From Octopus bimaculoides (taxonomy: Eukaryota): DNA of 64,000 nt. The translations under genes and the position numbers were made by a program. Where the stretch lies: positions 75,625,534 through 75,689,533 of the forward strand of contig NC_068982.1 in assembly GCF_001194135.2 (NCBI RefSeq), in the 5' to 3' direction. The notes beneath the pieces were generated by a model. That model was not told the origin of the DNA and made no database searches. It was given only the letters and a program-made list of their open reading frames with translations. Shown one piece after another: positions 38,821 through 50,422 of the stretch (the first letter of the stretch is position 1; every line of letters starts with the position of its first letter).

Positions 38821-39653
38821 CGTACAGATTATTTAATACATTTTTTTTAACTAAGCACTTTCAGACTTCCCATACTGGTAGAATATGTCACAAAGAACAG
38901 GGTTTATTCTTACCGTTTTTGACAAAATTTTTAGAAGCAGTATTTCATCTATTTTTACGTTCTGAGTTCAAATTCCACCAAGGTAAAACAAAATCTCATC
39001 ACACAATCGAACCAATGAAAGAGCCTCTACCTAGTTGCTCGACACTAAAAAATAGCAGCCAAAGTATCCTCCTACCTAAATCACATGCCCACTGTATGTA
39101 ATGTCCTAGTTTATCCCTAAAAAGACGGTTTGCTGAAGGCTGAAATGTCTTTGATGATACATTTTCAGTAACACCTGCACAATTTTCACTAAGAAAAAAA
39201 AAAAAAAAAAATTTGATTTTTTGCGTTGAATCAAGTACCCTGACCTCCTAATATGCTGCAAATCCCTTATTTTGGTTTGGAAATCATTGGAAATTTTTTT
39301 TTTCGTTGAATGAATTCCTGTGACCTTCTAATATTGCAAAATTAGGTTACTTAAGGCGAGCCTGGTAACTGATAGTTTTGGGGTCTTGCTGTTTGTAACT
39401 TTTCGTGAGCCTTGGTGCAACCAACAACATGGTAAAAATCCCTGCCATTAATTTGGTGTGGCTGGGTAATATCAAATAATTCAATCACAACATATATTCA
39501 AATTAAACATGAAAAAAACTGAAATATTATCATCACTTACATGGAAAAATTGAAATATTATCCTTCAGTATTTTATAAGGTAAAATCTTAAATTATTAAT
39601 TTACACATTATTAATTATCTTATAACAGCGATGCCTGGAAAAATCATGGATTA

Positions 39654-40167
39654 CATGGAAAAATGCAAGCATGAAAAGTCATATTCTTAAGATTATAAAC
39701 CTAGAAAAGTACAGAACAAGTTATTACACTTGTAAAAGTATAGGACAAGCTATTATTTCTAGTAAAGTAAAGAATAAGAAACTTTTTACTTAAAATATTG
39801 CAGCTAAAATTAAAATTTGAATATCAAAACTTATTTTATTATAGTTTACAAATAACACTATACTTATTTAAGTAGAATTTGGCTAATTTACTACCTTAAA
39901 TACAGAAAAAAGTGACTAATTAGACAAACTTACAAATTAACTGAACAGTTTTGTACAATAAATTTAAAAGATGAGAGCTGTAAAGAGGGATAAATTAGAA
40001 GAACTGGCATTCTTTGCTGCAATATTTTAAGTAAAAAGTTTCTTATTCTTTACTTTACTAGAAGTAATAGCTTGTCCTATACTTTTACAGGTGTAATAAC
40101 TTGTCCTGTACTTTTCCAGGTTTATAATCTTAAGAATATGACTTTTTCATGCTCGCATTTTTCCATG
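39654..40167. mobile_element. Foldback/MITE-like element with 151-152 bp inverted arms and a 211-bp spacer
   Basis: 39654-39804 is the reverse complement of 40016-40167 with only 5 transitions and 1 single-base indel. Superfamily not identified. Confidence 0.75.
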
Positions 40168-40778
40168 TTGATAATGATAATAGTTATGTCATTCTCATCA
40201 TCATTGTTTTAATGTCCACTTTTCCATACTTACATGGGCTGGATGGAGTTTATTTTGAGGCAGATATGCAATAGCCAGATGCCTTTCCTATTAACTCTTA
40301 CATGTTTCCAAGTGAGATCATGTTTCCTCCATGGCCAGACATGTTTATGCAGAATATTGGAAATGACTGACATTGTTTGTACGACAGTGACACTCATTCC
40401 ACACAATGTCAAGACAATGAGACACAAAAACACTCTCTCCCTCTCTGTCACAGAACCTCTAATTCTCATCTCTAACGTTCTGTCACTCACTTTTCACTCT
40501 GTGAGACAGAACCTGAAACTGTCCAGTTTATTGGTACCAACAACACATCTACTTCCTTTGGTTCTTTCTACATTATAAGTTTTATAAGTGAAGGTTTGCT
40601 CTGCACTTCAAAATAATTACTGCTATATAAATATTTACCAGTGATAGAAGCAATGAATGGATCTGCTCCAAAAATACATTTATTTCACAACCAGAGTTGT
40701 TCTAGATGAGAGGATTCACTAACAAATTGAGTTTATATTGGTGATTCCCAACAAACTTCTGAAAGGAAATGAGGTTGC

Positions 40779-40846
<68 letters not shown>
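40779..40846. repeat. (CA)n(TA)n compound microsatellite
   Basis: Direct read. Confidence 0.95.
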
Positions 40847-40848
<2 letters not shown>

Positions 40849-41086
40849 AAAAACAAAACAATATTGTTGAGTGAACTACAGAATATGAAATAGAGTAAAT
40901 AAGTCAAATATAAAACAGCTGATCTCTCCAACACCAGATAATTCAATGAATCTGGACGGTTATAAAAACTAAACATTCTTGGTGTATTGATCACTACCAA
41001 TCATATCAACCACTGGAGGATAGGATTACAATTCTGTATACGACTCTACATGTTAGAAGAAATTGATTATGTATTACACTACTTAC

Positions 41087-41214
41087 TGGGTGATTGCACA
41101 TTTGATGTCTTCGGCTTCACTGTTGAATTTATTGATGTCATTTAATATACTAAGGCCTTGCTTATGCACCCGGTCTTTGGCCTCTATTTCTTGTTCCAAC
41201 CGTTTAGCAAGAAC
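41087..41214 (-). CDS. CIT: CIT-like exon 5 (coiled coil), 128 nt, phase 0-2
   Basis: VLAKRLEQEIEAKDRVHKQGLSILNDINKFNSEAEDIKCAIT, which resembles the EDDKALQLLHDI segment of vertebrate citron as I recall it. Acceptor ttacag|GTT, donor CA|gtaagt. Confidence 0.88.
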
Positions 41215-41319
41215 CTGTAAAGAATTAAGCGAAATAAAATATATAAGACCTAGCAGATCAAATTGGCCTGTATAGTTACACAGAAGTGAACAAACATTAG
41301 GTAAATGCATACACTATAT

Positions 41320-41665
41320 ATCATCATCATCATCATCGTCTAACGTCCGCTTTCCATACTGGCATGGGTTGGACGATTTGAGGACTGGTGAACCAGATGG
41401 CTGCACCAGGCTCCAATCTGATCTGGCAGAGTTTCTACAGCTGGATGCCCTTCCTAACGCCAACCACTCTGAGAATGTAGTGGGTGCTTTTACGTGCCAC
41501 TGGCACGAGGGCCAGTTAGGCGGTACTGGCAACGGCCATGCTCAAATGGTGCTTTTTACATGCATGCTACCTGCACAGGAGCCAGTCCAGCAGCACTGGC
41601 AACGACCTCACTTGAATACTTTTTCACGTGCCGCCGGCACAAGTGCTAGTAAGGCAATGCTGGTA
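41320..41665 (-). mobile_element. RTE 3' end or RTE-tail SINE, well preserved
   Basis: (CAT)n-CGTCTAACGTCCGCTTTCCATACTGGCATGGGTTGG...GGATGCCCTTCCTAACGCCAACCAC. Similar termini at ~2960-3185, 14830-15030, 16410-16682, 48230-48380, 52400-52810 and 55140-55427. Confidence 0.75.
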
Positions 41666-42621
41666 TGATATGTAAGAATTTACACATGCCTATAAAAAAC
41701 TTAAATTTAGTTGCTCTACACCTAGACAAATGATGATTTTAAAGGCTTTCTTAAATGCAACATTGCAGACACTTAAAGCCAAAATTTTAAATATTGATGA
41801 CTCAAACATGGTATTGATCAATGTAACTTCTTCACATATTTTTTTCCCCCTTCATTCTTCTCTTTTTCCCTTTCTGTTAAAAATCAGCAAAGGAGGACAA
41901 GGAAAAAGAGGACAAAGAAGAGGAGGAATAAGGAGAAAGAGATGGAAGAAGAGGAGGAAAAATAAGGCGGAAGAAGGAAAAAGAAAACAAAAAGTAAAGA
42001 AGTAAGCAGATCAATGCCATATAGACATCCCAACTTTTTCTGTTGACCTTCACAAAGGTCAAGCAACATAAAATCCAAACTTGATTTTCATAAATCTACT
42101 TTTACTAACACAACTCTATATATACAACTATATATACAAGTTATTTTATCATCTGATGTTTTCGTTGTTTTGTTTCATATCAAAATTACATTAACAAATT
42201 ATATAATATATTTTCACATTATAATAATTATGTGGTTGTGAGGTTAAAGGGCTTGGCTATTAACAAGACAGTCTTTATTTTCAACCTTGCTTATAACTAT
42301 TGTATATGTTGTGTGTTCTGGAGTCAGACACGGTCAAAGGTTTCATTGATGTCAAGGTCAACACCTTCCACCTCAATATTTCACCTTTAGCTTCAATGAC
42401 AAAGCAGACTGTCTGATAAACTGATTCTTGATACATTGGTTCTGTTATACTTGCTGAAGATAATTGTAATAATAGCAATAACCAACACAGTAAAGAGTTA
42501 TCGTAGGAACAACAATAAAAGGGTGTGTTGTGAAGAAAATAAAGATTGTGATGGTGATGATTGTGGTGGTGATGATGATAATGGTGGCAGTGGTTGTGGT
42601 AAAAATGGTGGTAGTGGTCAT

Positions 42622-42774
42622 GGCGGCGATGATGGAGGTGTTGGTGGTGATGATGGTGGAGGTGTTGGTGGCGATGATGGTGGAGGTGTTGGTGGCGATG
42701 ATGGTGGAGGTGTTAGTGGCGATGATGGTGGAGGTGTTGGTGGAGATGATGGTGGAGGTGTTGGTGGTGATGGT
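42622..42774. repeat. 24-bp minisatellite (GGTGGCGATGATGGTGGAGGTGTT), ~6 units, inside a GGT/GAT low-complexity tract (42545-42796)
   Basis: Full units start at 42643, 42667, 42691, 42715 and 42739. Confidence 0.92.
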
Positions 42775-42849
42775 AGTCATGGTGATGGAGGTGATGTTCT
42801 CCTCCTGCTCCAAGAAGCAAGTATATCTCAATAAAAAATTACAACCTAC

Positions 42850-43132
42850 ATTTGATTTATCTGCACAATTTGATAGATCTTTGGTCAATGAAAGTTTGTC
42901 CTCCTGCAGTCTCTGAATAGTTAACTCCTTTCTGTCAACCACATGCCTCAGCTCCTCCAGTTCTGCACGTAATAGGCTCTCGTTAGACTCCAGCTCATTA
43001 CAGCGTTCTGCAATCTTCTGGTGTTCTTTGACATTTACAGTCAGTGTCAGCTTTACGTTAGATGGTTTACCATCATCAGAACTTTCATCAAACTCAGAAG
43101 ATGTCACTCCAGATGTCACTCCAGAAGAATCC
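42850..43132 (-). CDS. CIT: CIT-like exon 4 (Ser-rich linker and start of coiled coil), 283 nt, phase 2-0
   Basis: DSSGVTSGVTSSEFDESS...ERCNELESNESLLRAELEELRHVVDRKELTIQRLQEDK...DKSN. Acceptor attttcag|G, donor AAT|gtaggt; phases fit both neighbours. Confidence 0.88.
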
Positions 43133-45885
43133 CTGAAAATAATTCAAGAAGAAAAGGTTTTTGTCTTGTTTAAAGAAAAAAAATAATAAATCAACAAACA
43201 TGACTGTGTGGTGAAGAAGCTCTTATGGTTTGGGGTTCAGTCTCACTGAACAGCACTTTGGTCAATTAGTGCCTTGTGAATGAATTTGATCGTTGGAAAC
43301 TGTGTTCGTTTGTCCCCCTACCACCACCACAACCACTTGATACCTGGTGGTGGTTTGTATACACTTTCATGATTTAGCAGTCTGGCAAAAGAGATCCCAG
43401 TGTTTATATTTTTTGATGTCTGGTATTCATTTTATTGGTCTCATTTGCCAACCACAAACTCACACATATATACATACACACACCATGGTCTTCCACACAG
43501 TATCCATCTACTAAATTCTCTCACAAAGCATTGGCTGACCTGGGGATATAGTAGAAGACACTTGCTTAAGGTGCCATGCAGTGAGACTGAACCCAAAGCC
43601 ATGTAGTTTCAAACTGAGCTTCTTAACACAACCACATCTATGCCTAGGACAAAAAAAAAACAAAACAAAAAAACTTTTGAATAAATTCCTGCGGAGCCAT
43701 TATTTTATTAGTTCTACCTTAAGCACAGTGAATGATTTCTGAAAATTTAATTTCAAGTGGAAAAACCCTGTTACCTTAGTAATATACATACTTATCTTTA
43801 TCACTCAACATCCAAGATAACATGAAACTAATTGACAACCACACTGAAGCAAGGGAAGAAATATGTCCATAGTTATACAATCATCTTCCTTTCCAGAATG
43901 TGTAGTAAGCTTCTACAAACATTAATAATTTGGGCAGCAAAGGTTTTTACAGCTTATTGCCAATCTTCACTTAGCTGTGAAGCTGGATTAAAACATGCTT
44001 TCTGTTAAACAAAACTGAAGTAATGAAACTTGCTTAGCAGAAACCAGCAGTCTACTTTTCTACTTTCTTAACAACATAACCACTGTATTCTTTTACTGGC
44101 TAAATATAGTCTCATCCAATAATTAAGATATCTTCTTTTACACACACACACACACATTCACATGTATACTACTTTCTATTTCTGTCTACCAAATCCATTC
44201 ACAAAACTTTGGACAACCCAGGACTCTAGAAGACACTTGTCTAAGGTGCTGTGTAGTGAGACTGAACTTAAAACCAAGTGACTGGGAAGCTAACTTCTTC
44301 ACCACACCACCATTCCTAGACATACTCTCACAAACATATGTACTAAGGTAGCCATATTCATTAGGAATGTTCCATTTCTTCAAGACAACTGAATATCTAT
44401 GTTTTTAAACATTAAATTTTAAAGAAACAACAGGTAATGTTTCATCTCTATCTAGATAAGAAATTGTTACCTACAATGTGTCCATAACTTTAAACATGTT
44501 ATCCATATTCCATGCTTTTATGGCGCCAGATAAATGTATTTTAACATCTCACATTTCTCACCAATCATACATTCTACTTTGTAACAAATGTAATTTCTCA
44601 ATATAATATATTTTTTCTCCCAAAGAAAATAATAAAATGAATGAATTCTTGAAACATAAACGATTAAAAAAAGTGCATTGAATTTTCAAATAAGAAAGTT
44701 ATAAGATTTATCATTGGAAGATAATTGAAGGTTATGGAAAAACACAAGCTCAAATTCAAATTTAAGAAATAAGAAATGTAATAAATGAGAATTTAACTGC
44801 TTCATATTTTTTGATGGAAGCACGTAAGAAGACTGAATGGAAGATAAGAAATTTCTCACGCTTCAATAAAAATCTCTCTGCTGCCAAAGATTATTCTGTT
44901 ATGACTACAGTCTTATTCCATTCTTTATTTTCATTCATTTATTGCAGCAAGTATAAACAGGCAACATGGTCGCAATCATATTTTCATTGAAAGAACAGCA
45001 GCAGCATTTAAAGTTTTATTTCTCACACTGATCTCAGCTTACACTGCACATTTCCTTTTTCTGCTGTAACCTCTCTTTCCACAATTTATATGCATGACTG
45101 TCAGTATGATGTGCACATTATATAATGTGTGTATGAATGAGAGAGATGCACACGTGCGCATGTGTGTGTGTGTGTGTGTGAGAGAGCAGGAAAAATGGAA
45201 GGAGATACACACACACACACACACAAATATATATATAGAGATTAGGAAAAGAAATTACTGCATGGAAACTGAAAATTCCCTTCCCTCATTTCACATACAC
45301 AAAAAAAATAAAACATGTTAAAAACGGCTTTGGAAAATGTGCTTGCATTATGTGTGTGTGTGTGTGTGTGTGTGTGTGATGAGATATTATCTAACCACAA
45401 TTATCATCATTCTAATATTCCACTTTTCTATGCTAACATGAGTTGGATGAAGTTTATAGACTCAGATTTTTCTACAGCCAAATATCCTTCTTGTATTTAA
45501 CCGTCACCTGTTTCCAACCAAGGTAATACTTTCTCAAGGCCATACATGTTCTTGCAGAACATTGGAAATAAATGACACTGTGTGTATGACAATGACACTC
45601 ATTTACTACTATTACATGATAATCAAACACATACATGCACATATATAATGACAGTCTCTCAGTTTCCATTTAGCAAATCCATTCACAAGGCTTAAAAGAA
45701 AATTAAGTATAAATAGTCATTCCATGCATAAAAATACATTTTGTATGTTCTGAATATAAATAAGTAATCTCAGAACAAGTACATATTTAATTAATAACTA
45801 ATCAATTTTAGATGACAATTTTACTTCAGGACTGTTGTTAAAAAAAAATTTTTTTAATCAATCAGTAAGATCAATTCATACTCAC

Positions 45886-46063
45886 GTAGATTCATCTTTG
45901 GTGGAACCAAAGTAAGAGAAACCAACAAAAGGCAAGTCTTTGCCACTGAAATCTCGACGCAATTTAGGGTCATCATATTTTGGTTGTGGTGGCAGCCTTT
46001 CATATTCATCGAAATTGGAGGTATCATCTAAACTACTCACACTTGGTATAAAAGGAGATTTTT
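45886..46063 (-). CDS. CIT: CIT-like exon 3 (AGC-kinase C-terminal tail), 178 nt, phase 1-2
   Basis: EKSPFIPSVSSLDDTSNFDEY...FSGKDLPFVGFSY, with turn and hydrophobic motifs. Acceptor ctttcag|AA completes G|AA = Glu; donor AC|gtgagt. Confidence 0.93.
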
Positions 46064-46247
46064 CTGAAAGTATCAAATTACAATAGAAATGATAAAGACT
46101 GATAATGAACATGACAATGAGAGTGCTACATTGTGGAGAAGCCATTTATTAACACACAAAAACTTAAAATCCACTTTAAATTTATTTCACAAGCTGTCAA
46201 AATTTTCACTGCTCAAGTTTGAATTTATCAGTTTTATGTGTTATTAA

Positions 46248-46467
46248 CCCTTTTGTTACCATATTTCTGTTGAAAAACACTGCCAGTATTTCAGTAATTT
46301 TGAAATTATGAAGAATTTTGTTAAACTGTCTTTATTAAGCTAGTATTTGGAACTTAATATGAAATTTTGATGGAATGTTTTCATTTAGATCACTTTAAAA
46401 CAAGAAGTTGGCATCACAGAACCAGGGAAAACTAGGGGCAGTTTCAGGTGGGTTAGTTTTAAAAGGA
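46248..46467. mobile_element. piggyBac-like MITE family 2
   Basis: TTAA|CCCTTTT ... AAAAGGA|TTAA. The interior is the reverse complement of copies at ~20590-20815 and ~52030-52185. Confidence 0.68.
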
Positions 46468-46471
46468 TTAA

Positions 46472-46685
46472 CCCTTTAGTGTTCATATTATTCTACCATA
46501 ATTAATGCTTTTTTATCCACATTGTTTTGAACTAATCATGCATTATCTTTTAGCTATGAGATTTTGATGAGGTAGCTGTTAATTTTTAAAATGACATTGT
46601 AGGGTTGGTGTGAGAGACTAGATTTGGCCAGTTTGAACATAGAATAGGCAGAATACTTTTGGCTGGATATGGCTGGTTTAAATGT
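46472..46685. mobile_element. piggyBac-like MITE family 1, reverse copy sharing a TTAA with the family 2 copy
   Basis: Starts TTAA|CCCTTTAG at 46468-46479. The body is the reverse complement of 59878-60093; the far terminus is eroded. Confidence 0.62.
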
Positions 46686-49600
46686 CTCTTCTATGGACAA
46701 GTACAATCTTGAAATGATATATGTGTTATATATACATGTGTGTGTAAATGTTCATGTATACATTTGAGTGTACATGAACATGTTAAGTCTAATTGTATGC
46801 ACCTATTTTTCAATCAATGCTGCCTAATGCACTTCTAGTTAATTACAACTTATAGTATTATCACTTTAAAATTTCATACATTCAAGTTTTACCCACAATT
46901 TTTTTTTTATTCTTCATCACCATATATGTGTAGTTGTAAGCTATTTTAATATTTAAAAAAAAAGTTCCCTGTCCCCACTCGTCTGTGCAGGCTCAGATTA
47001 GATAGAACCTGAAAAGCAAAAGGAAATCTCTGTTGTCTTTGTACTGACGTTCAGCAAGACTTCTCCATATTCAATGAAAGATTACCTACATCCAGTCAAG
47101 TTTGGCTCTAGTCTGAACTGAAGCCAACATTACAGATCATGCTTAGCGGCATTTCATCCATTGCTACATTCTGAGTTCAAATGCTGCCAGGGTCAACTTT
47201 GCCTTTCAACCTTTGGGGGTCGATAAAGTAAGTATCAGTTCAGCATGGGTCGATTGAATCAACTTAGCCCCTTCCTCAAAATATTTGGAACTAATATTAT
47301 TATTCGGTTAGAGATTGGTAAGAAATACATAATGGAATAAAAAGACTAAAGAAAGCATGCTGTTATTTTTCTTTTAACTTTCTTTTATATATTTGCTTGC
47401 AGAAAAGTAAAAAATTACGGCTAAGGATTATCATATCAAAATTAAGGCCTGGAAATTCTGGCTGTTTTCAGCTTTTAAACACAAACTATATAGTTGTAGT
47501 TGGTATTGTTGGTGGTTGATGTGTTATCATCATCAATAATCAAGAGATGGCTAGCTAGTTCTTATGTAGCTATGGCCATATTGTTAAGAAGTTTGATTCC
47601 CAACTACATGGTTTCAGGTGCAGTTCTGCTGTGTGGTGACTTCTAGTATGATTTCAAGCTCACCAAAACCTTATGAGTGGATTTGGTAGATGGAAACTGA
47701 AAGAAGCCTACTTGTATATATGTGAGTATATGCATGTATGTGTCTCTTTACTTTGACATTATGTGACAGTTGTAAATGAGTGTCATCATCACACAAGCAG
47801 TGTCATTCATTTCCTATTTTCTTCATAAATATGTCTGACCATGGGGAAATATCACCTTGCTCAAGGGTTGATAAAAAATGGTAAAAGGGAGGACAACTCA
47901 GGTGAGAGTTGACAATGCAATTGGTGTCAGCTTCAAATATTTCTTATTACTCAGCATTAACACATACTAAACTTCTCCTCAATGATAAATGATCACCCAC
48001 CCACACTCCTGGTACCTCTGTTCCTATTTCTACTCACCCCACACTTTGAGGGTTAACCCCAACACCTTATCACCATTATTTTTATCTCTTTCTAGCTTCA
48101 TCCAATCATCCTCCTCTCTTCTAAAATTTGAGTATTTATATAGTTCCGCTACAAGAAATCTGTTCTACTTTGGCCCCTTCTCTCATATCTTTACCATGTT
48201 TCTCTTGGTATAAGGCTGCCTTCCCAGGGTTTCCAGACTTGCAAGCTGCATAGTGATCTCATTAGTGCCTGTTGTATGATTAAAAAAAGTACCGTGTGTG
48301 TGCTGTAAGTGGTTTCATTAGGATCCTGTTAAACAGTCCAACTCATGCCGGCATGAAACAAAGACATTAAATGACGATGAAAATGGTGACAAAAAACTCA
48401 ACCTTTTGTGATTGAAAAGTTACGAGTGAAGTAGGAACTACTAATACTTATTTTATTGATCTTAAATGGGAATGAAAAAGAAAAACAAAATCAACTTGGT
48501 TATGATTAGGCTTGATCCATGGGTTCCAATCTTGTTTCCAGCAAACATCAATTTATGGAGTATTGAACATAGAGAAGCAAATCCATAAAGTCACATAAAC
48601 ATTACATAATTGTATTTCTGTTCCAAAATAGATAAAAGGTGCTTTACCTGTGCAATAAGAAAATCAATATATTTTTATGTACAATTTAGAAAAAGAAAAG
48701 TAAGACTACTACTTCTTTGCTCATAAAATGAAAACGAACAAAACAAAGGTTGCTGATGGACCTCTTAAAGATGGAAGAAAGAAATATCTCCAGATACATT
48801 TATTTCATTTAACTTTTTAGCATTTAAACTAACTATGTCTGGCCCAAATATTCTGTTTTATGATCAAACTGGCCAGATCCTAGAATGTCATTCTAAAAAT
48901 AAACAATCACTTCATCAAAATTTCAAAGCTACAGATAAAGCATGATTAATTCAAAACAATGTGAATAAAGGGCATTACATTTGACAGTCATCTGATTGAT
49001 AAATGGTTAAAGTTTAAGCTATATTAGCATGGTTTAGACAAGATGTAATTGAGGTAGGATTTTTATGGCCAGATGCTTTTCCTGTCATCAATCCTTATCT
49101 GGTTTTTCAAGTGACTTTCTATCTGAGAGGAATTCAAAAGCACTGATCTAGTAGATGATGAGTCGACAGGAAATATCAACACATCACTAGTTTGGTAGCT
49201 CAGTGGTAATGAGGTGTTGGGGTTAACCCTCAAAGTGTGAGATGCGTAGAAGAGGTGTCAGGAATGTGGGTGGATGACCATTTATCACTGAGTAGTAGAT
49301 GGAGGACTTAGCATATACAAGATGGTTTAGTGTGTACTAATACCAAACAATAGGAAATATTTGAAACCAACACCAATTACAGTGTCAATTCTCATCTGAG
49401 TTAAGCATTGCTCAGCATGCTAACGATTCTTCCAGCCACTTTCAGTGGCAGCTCAGTGTAGGTTGTAAACATTTACACAGATATATACACACATGTGCAT
49501 ATGTATGAGTGCATATATACCTTCATCATTTCAACAGCCACTTTTCCAAGTTGAAAGGATCAGAAAGAGTTTATTGATGCAGATTTTGTACAACTGGATG

Positions 49601-50422
49601 CCCTTCTTGTTGCCAATCCTTACCTTCTTCCAAACAAGGTAATATTTCTCCACAGCCAGACAGGTTTTTGCAAAATATTGGAAATGAATGGCATTGCTTA
49701 TATGACAGTCACATACATTTATAACTATATTGCAATGTCAAGACAAAGAGATACAAACACACACATACATACACAATAAGCTTCTTTCAGTTTCCACCTA
49801 CCAATTCTACTCACAAAGATTTGATTGGCCTGAGATTATAGTAGAAGGCTCAAAGCGTCAGGCAGTGGGGTTGAACCTGAAACCATGTAGTTGGGAAGTA
49901 AAACTTCTCAACCACACCCGTGCCCCTCACCCACGATTGTCTTCTTTCAGTTTCTATATATTATATCAGCTCACAAAGCATTTGTTACCCACCATGCTGA
50001 CCAATCTATTATAGCAATATAAATTTTAAATGAAGGTTGGGGGGGGGGGATGCTAATGCAACAAATTCAGTAATCGGTTGCTCTTTCAGATGTTAACTAG
50101 GTGATGTGAAACTACTTATACAGATTTAATATGTTTATTAAGTTTGCCTTCTCCAGAGTCATATTTGACAGAATGGCCTGCAAACCATGAATGCCTAAGT
50201 ATCACCCCAATTTGGTGTGAGACTTTTAGCTTTTGGTAATGTCAGTTTCACTAGTACATATTTTATTTCCTACACCCCATACCAAATAAATACAAGATTA
50301 TACAGAGAAATCATGACAGAATTTTGAATGTATACTGAATTTTGAATTTGAGCATATTGAAACTTGTACAACACTAGCTTTCAAATTTTATTGGGTGTGA
50401 AATAATAATAATGATGATGATG

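Noticed and set aside
42436-42916. Plus-strand Gly/Asp-rich (GGDDGGGV)n and Val/Met-rich ORFs
   Set aside because: Products of the 24-bp VNTR antisense to the CIT intron, with no splice or start context supporting a nested gene.
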